Source: an uncultured cyanobacterium
GTDB taxonomy: Bacteria; Cyanobacteriota; Cyanobacteriia; Leptolyngbyales; Leptolyngbyaceae
Direction: 5' to 3'
DNA: 28,870 nt
Assembly (NCBI GenBank): GCA_963766075.1
Contig: CAVYAN010000123.1
Coordinates: 1 to 28,870 of the forward strand
The notes under the pieces were generated by a model. The model was not told where the DNA came from and did not search any database. It saw only the letters and a list, made by a program, of their open reading frames with translations. The position numbers and the translations under genes were made by a program. Shown here one piece after another: positions 26,121 to 28,870 of this stretch (the first letter of the stretch is position 1; every line of letters begins with the position of its first letter).

Positions 26121-27650
26121 TTATTTCACGACGCGGAGGGTTACAAAGCTGGGATCTGTACAACCGCTGAGGTGGCCACCGGCGGCGAGGGTGGCTTGCA
26201 ACTGGGCGATCGCTTCAACGGTGACAACTTCCCCCGGCATCAGGACCGGAATGCCGGGGGGATAGGGGCAGACGAGCTCCGCACTAATGCGCTGGCTTGC
26301 CCGATCAATGGCAACCGTTTCGGTGGGAGCGAAGTAGGTGGCGCGGGGCGTCAGGGGAGCCAGCGGCATGGGCAGGGCGGTCAGGGGGGCGGGGAACTGT
26401 GGAGCCGGGGGAACTACTGTGGTTGCGGCCAGGGTCACCAGGGTCTTGAATCCGGCGACGAGCCGCTCCAAATCGGCCTGGGTATTGCCAATGCTGAGGA
26501 TGAAGGTGAGGTGTTGCTGGGTCGGCAATTCGGCGGTGACGCCACAGTGCTGGTGTAGGATTTCGTCGGCGGTGAAGCCTGTGATGCCGAGGGGGGCCAC
26601 GGTAACGGTGAGGCGAGTGGGGTCCAAGGCGACCCAACCGGGAGTGCTGGCGTGGGCGGCATGGAGCGTCATGAGGCCAGGGAGAGTGGCCAGTTGCGAT
26701 CGCCCCCAGGCTGCCAAGTCCAGGGTGTGGGTTAACAATGCTGGACCTTGGGTGGCCATTTGGTGGCGGGCTGCGTCCAAAGAGGCCAAGAGTAGATAGC
26801 TGGGACTCGTGGATTGCACGCACTGGAGGGCTTGGCTGAGGCGATTGCGGTGGATGCGATCGCCCTGTACATGGACCATGGCTGCTTGGGTTAGGGCGGA
26901 CAGGGTTTTGTGGGTGGACTGGACGGCTAAATCAGCACCGGATGCCAGGGCCGAGGGTGGCAACTCGGGATGGAAGGCAAAGTGAGCGCCGTGGGCTTCG
27001 TCTACGAGGAGGGGAATCTGGTATTGGTGGACCCGTTGGGCGATCGCCGCAATGTCGGCGCAGGCTCCGTAATAGGTGGGGGAAACGAGCAGGACGGCTT
27101 TGGTGTCAGGATGCTGGGCGAGGGCCTGGTCCACAGCCGTGGGGGTGAGGCCGTGGGCAATATCTCGGGCCGCATCGTATTCTGGCTGAAGGAAAATGGG
27201 CACGGCTCCAGAGAGAATCAAGCCGTTGATGGCGGACAAGTGAATATTGCGTGGCAATATAATTTTTTCGCCGGGACCACAGGTGGCGAGGATAGCGGCA
27301 AGGATGCCCGCCGTGGAGCCGTTGGTCAGAAACCAGGTGCGATCAGCTCCAAAGGCATCAGCAGCCAGCGCCTGGGCGGCTTGAATCACATCTTGGGGCG
27401 CAAACAGATTGTCCAGTTCCGGCAGTTCGGGGAGATCCGCGCGAAAGATGGCATCGCCGAATAGGTGGGAGATCGCGGCTCCTGTGCCAACTCCTTTTTT
27501 ATGGCCGGGGGTGTGGAAGGGGGCAGTGGCGCGATCGGCGCAGGCTTGCAGGCGATCGACTAAAGGGGTTTGGGACTGATCGAAAATCCAAGGTCCAAGG
27601 GGTGAAGGGAAAACGGGCAAAGGGAGGGGAAAGGGGAAGCGGAAGAACAA
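26121..27650 (-). CDS. Orn/Lys/Arg decarboxylase family PLP enzyme
   Basis: PFHTPGHK, DLPELPELDNL, FLTNGSTAG, LVDEAHGAH, PLP-Lys motif VQSTHKT, STSPSYLLLASLD, CPYPPGIP. The true start may be a few codons inside the ORF. Confidence 0.93.
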   Translation of the reverse strand: MFFRFPFPLPLPVFPSPLGPWIFDQSQTPLVDRLQACADRATAPFHTPGHKKGVGTGAAISHLFGDAIFRADLPELPELDNLFAPQDVIQAAQALAADAFGADRTWFLTNGSTAGILAAILATCGPGEKIILPRNIHLSAINGLILSGAVPIFLQPEYDAARDIAHGLTPTAVDQALAQHPDTKAVLLVSPTYYGACADIAAIAQRVHQYQIPLLVDEAHGAHFAFHPELPPSALASGADLAVQSTHKTLSALTQAAMVHVQGDRIHRNRLSQALQCVQSTSPSYLLLASLDAARHQMATQGPALLTHTLDLAAWGRSQLATLPGLMTLHAAHASTPGWVALDPTRLTVTVAPLGITGFTADEILHQHCGVTAELPTQQHLTFILSIGNTQADLERLVAGFKTLVTLAATTVVPPAPQFPAPLTALPMPLAPLTPRATYFAPTETVAIDRASQRISAELVCPYPPGIPVLMPGEVVTVEAIAQLQATLAAGGHLSGCTDPSFVTLRVVK

Positions 27651-27720
27651 AACGATAGAATTTTAATGATATATCCGCAGCCTTGTCAGCTTGAGCGGTT
27701 TTACTTTGAGGGGTTTTACT

Positions 27721-28326
27721 ATGGTGACCAATCAAGCGGCCTATCTTTCTGAAGCGGAGTATCTAGCACAGGAATCTAAGAGCCCGGTTAAGCATGAATA
27801 TGTAGCGGGCTATGTTTATGCCATGGGCGATATCGACGCCATGGCCGGGGCGAGTGGTGCGCATAATAAGATTGCTTTTAATTTGACTGGACTACTGTAC
27901 GGTCAACTGCGCCATTCTGGGTGCAGTGGGTATGGGTCAGATATGAAGGTGAAAATTGCGGCTCGACAGTGCTTTTACTACCCCGATTTGCATGTGACCT
28001 GTGACGCGCGCGATCGCAACAATGCTCCCTACAACGAGTATCCGAAACTGATTATTGAGGTGTTATCGGATTCCACGGAGCAATTGGACCGAGGCGATAA
28101 GTTTTTTGACTATCAGGAATTAGATTCCTTAGAAGAATATGTGCTAATTTCTCAGGACAAAATGCGGGTTGAAGTGTTGCGTCGCAATGGGGCAGGGCGG
28201 TGGGAATTGTATGTGTTTCGCGAGGGCCAGCAGGTCGAATTGGCCAGTGTAGGGGCGACGCTGGCGGTGGCTGAGGTCTATGAAGATGTGATTTTTGAGG
28301 AGCGGCAGCGCGGCGGCAGAAATTAA
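27721..28326 (+). CDS. Uma2 family (DUF820) PD-(D/E)XK endonuclease-like protein
   Basis: EYLAQE...KHEYVAG...MAGASGAHNKI...SDMKV...FYYPDLHVTCD...PKLIIEVLSDSTEQLDRGDKF..Y...SLEEYVLISQD; ATG 27721. Confidence 0.93.
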   Translation: MVTNQAAYLSEAEYLAQESKSPVKHEYVAGYVYAMGDIDAMAGASGAHNKIAFNLTGLLYGQLRHSGCSGYGSDMKVKIAARQCFYYPDLHVTCDARDRNNAPYNEYPKLIIEVLSDSTEQLDRGDKFFDYQELDSLEEYVLISQDKMRVEVLRRNGAGRWELYVFREGQQVELASVGATLAVAEVYEDVIFEERQRGGRN

Positions 28327-28342
28327 GCTGGGCTAGGTTGGG

Positions 28343-28870
28343 TTAATCGGGCGGAATAGCGATTGCGATAAACCAAGACCGCTTCGGGAAGCACCACCAA
28401 AAGGCCATTTTCAAGATCACAATTGGCAGAATCGGCTTTTTCAGGCGATAAAATTCCTGAAATGTTGTGGCAATCAGGGCTTGAGTAAACGGGCGCAGTT
28501 CTGCGTCGTTGGCGCGATTCAGCCCACTGGTTTCCTCAACTTTGATGAGGGCGTAGCCAAAGACCCAATTGTTTGGCACATAGCCAAGGGTGTGTTCCAG
28601 CATTTGATTGACTTCGGCGTGGGCCTTAAGGCGTTGGCCCATGGTTTTATTGGTCGCATACATGCGGGAACCGGCTAGTTTTTGGGGCAAGTAGTAAAAG
28701 GGAACATGTTGGCCGTAGCGCAGCCATAGTTCATAGTCCAAGCAATAGTTGAGGGCGATGTTTAAGTTCCCAAATTTTTCGACTAAGCGGCGTCTGAAAA
28801 ATACTGCGGGCTGAGAAAGATAGCAGTCTTCTTTGAGGCGATCATAGTTCCAGGGGCGGGTGGGAAAGGG
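28343..28870 (-). CDS. Glycosyltransferase family 2, C-terminal part (5' end outside the window)
   Basis: The frame is open to the window edge: PFPTRPWNYDRLKEDCYLSQPAVFFRRRLVEKFGNLNIALNYCLDYELWLR...LAGSRMYATNKT. QPAVFFRR and DYELWLR are typical of WcaE-like GT2. Confidence 0.88.
   Translation of the reverse strand, partial: PFPTRPWNYDRLKEDCYLSQPAVFFRRRLVEKFGNLNIALNYCLDYELWLRYGQHVPFYYLPQKLAGSRMYATNKTMGQRLKAHAEVNQMLEHTLGYVPNNWVFGYALIKVEETSGLNRANDAELRPFTQALIATTFQEFYRLKKPILPIVILKMAFWWCFPKRSWFIAIAIPPD

Larger units (their letters stand above)
976..28017. repeat. Dispersed HIP1 octamers (GCGATCGC)
   Basis: Dozens of copies in all three blocks (e.g. 976, ~1405, ~2969, ~4884, ~5928, ~7623, ~12703, ~19713, ~28010); a hallmark of many cyanobacterial genomes. 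Confidence 0.9.

Noticed and set aside
27721..28326. Uma2 gene as part of a defence island; small AMGDID insertion before MAGAS
   Set aside because: Stand-alone Uma2 paralogues are very common in cyanobacteria, no partner genes are adjacent, and the insertion is minor.

Overview
Cyanobacterial chromosomal DNA: HIP1 octamers (GCGATCGC) occur throughout, and the ndhL-DUF3007-trpA cluster is present. The window has three blocks. (1) 1-7217 (+): a tandem array of four effector-like genes of the eCIS/DUF4157 type. They share an N-terminal LQxxYGNxxVQR leader and/or the DUF4157 HELTHVVQQ core but carry different C-terminal cargoes: a papain-like NSNT domain followed by a small putative immunity gene, an unnamed Cys domain plus a zinc phospholipase C, an AMOP-like domain, and a second HExxH zincin. 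Short [V/I]QR motifs mark the module boundaries. Three of the four genes are broken by small indels, many in homopolymers and probably sequencing errors, so I rebuilt them by hand. (2) 7343-17346 (-): an RluE-like pseudouridine synthase downstream of a translationally coupled four-gene envelope operon (DUF11/SdrD-B-like protein, ~1,157-aa outer-membrane beta-barrel with a SprA-like motif, beta-helix/OmpA protein, 867-aa secreted DUF11 protein). This operon looks like an uncharacterised surface-protein export or display system. (3) 18100-28870: ordinary core genes (trpA, DUF3007, ndhL, intronless tRNA-Leu(UAA), a conserved hypothetical, DUF4912, DUF2993, cdsA, cbiT, FHA protein, Orn/Lys/Arg decarboxylase, Uma2 nuclease, partial GT2) with short repeats, a terminator and palindromes. 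All family assignments come from recognising motifs by eye; no database searches were run.
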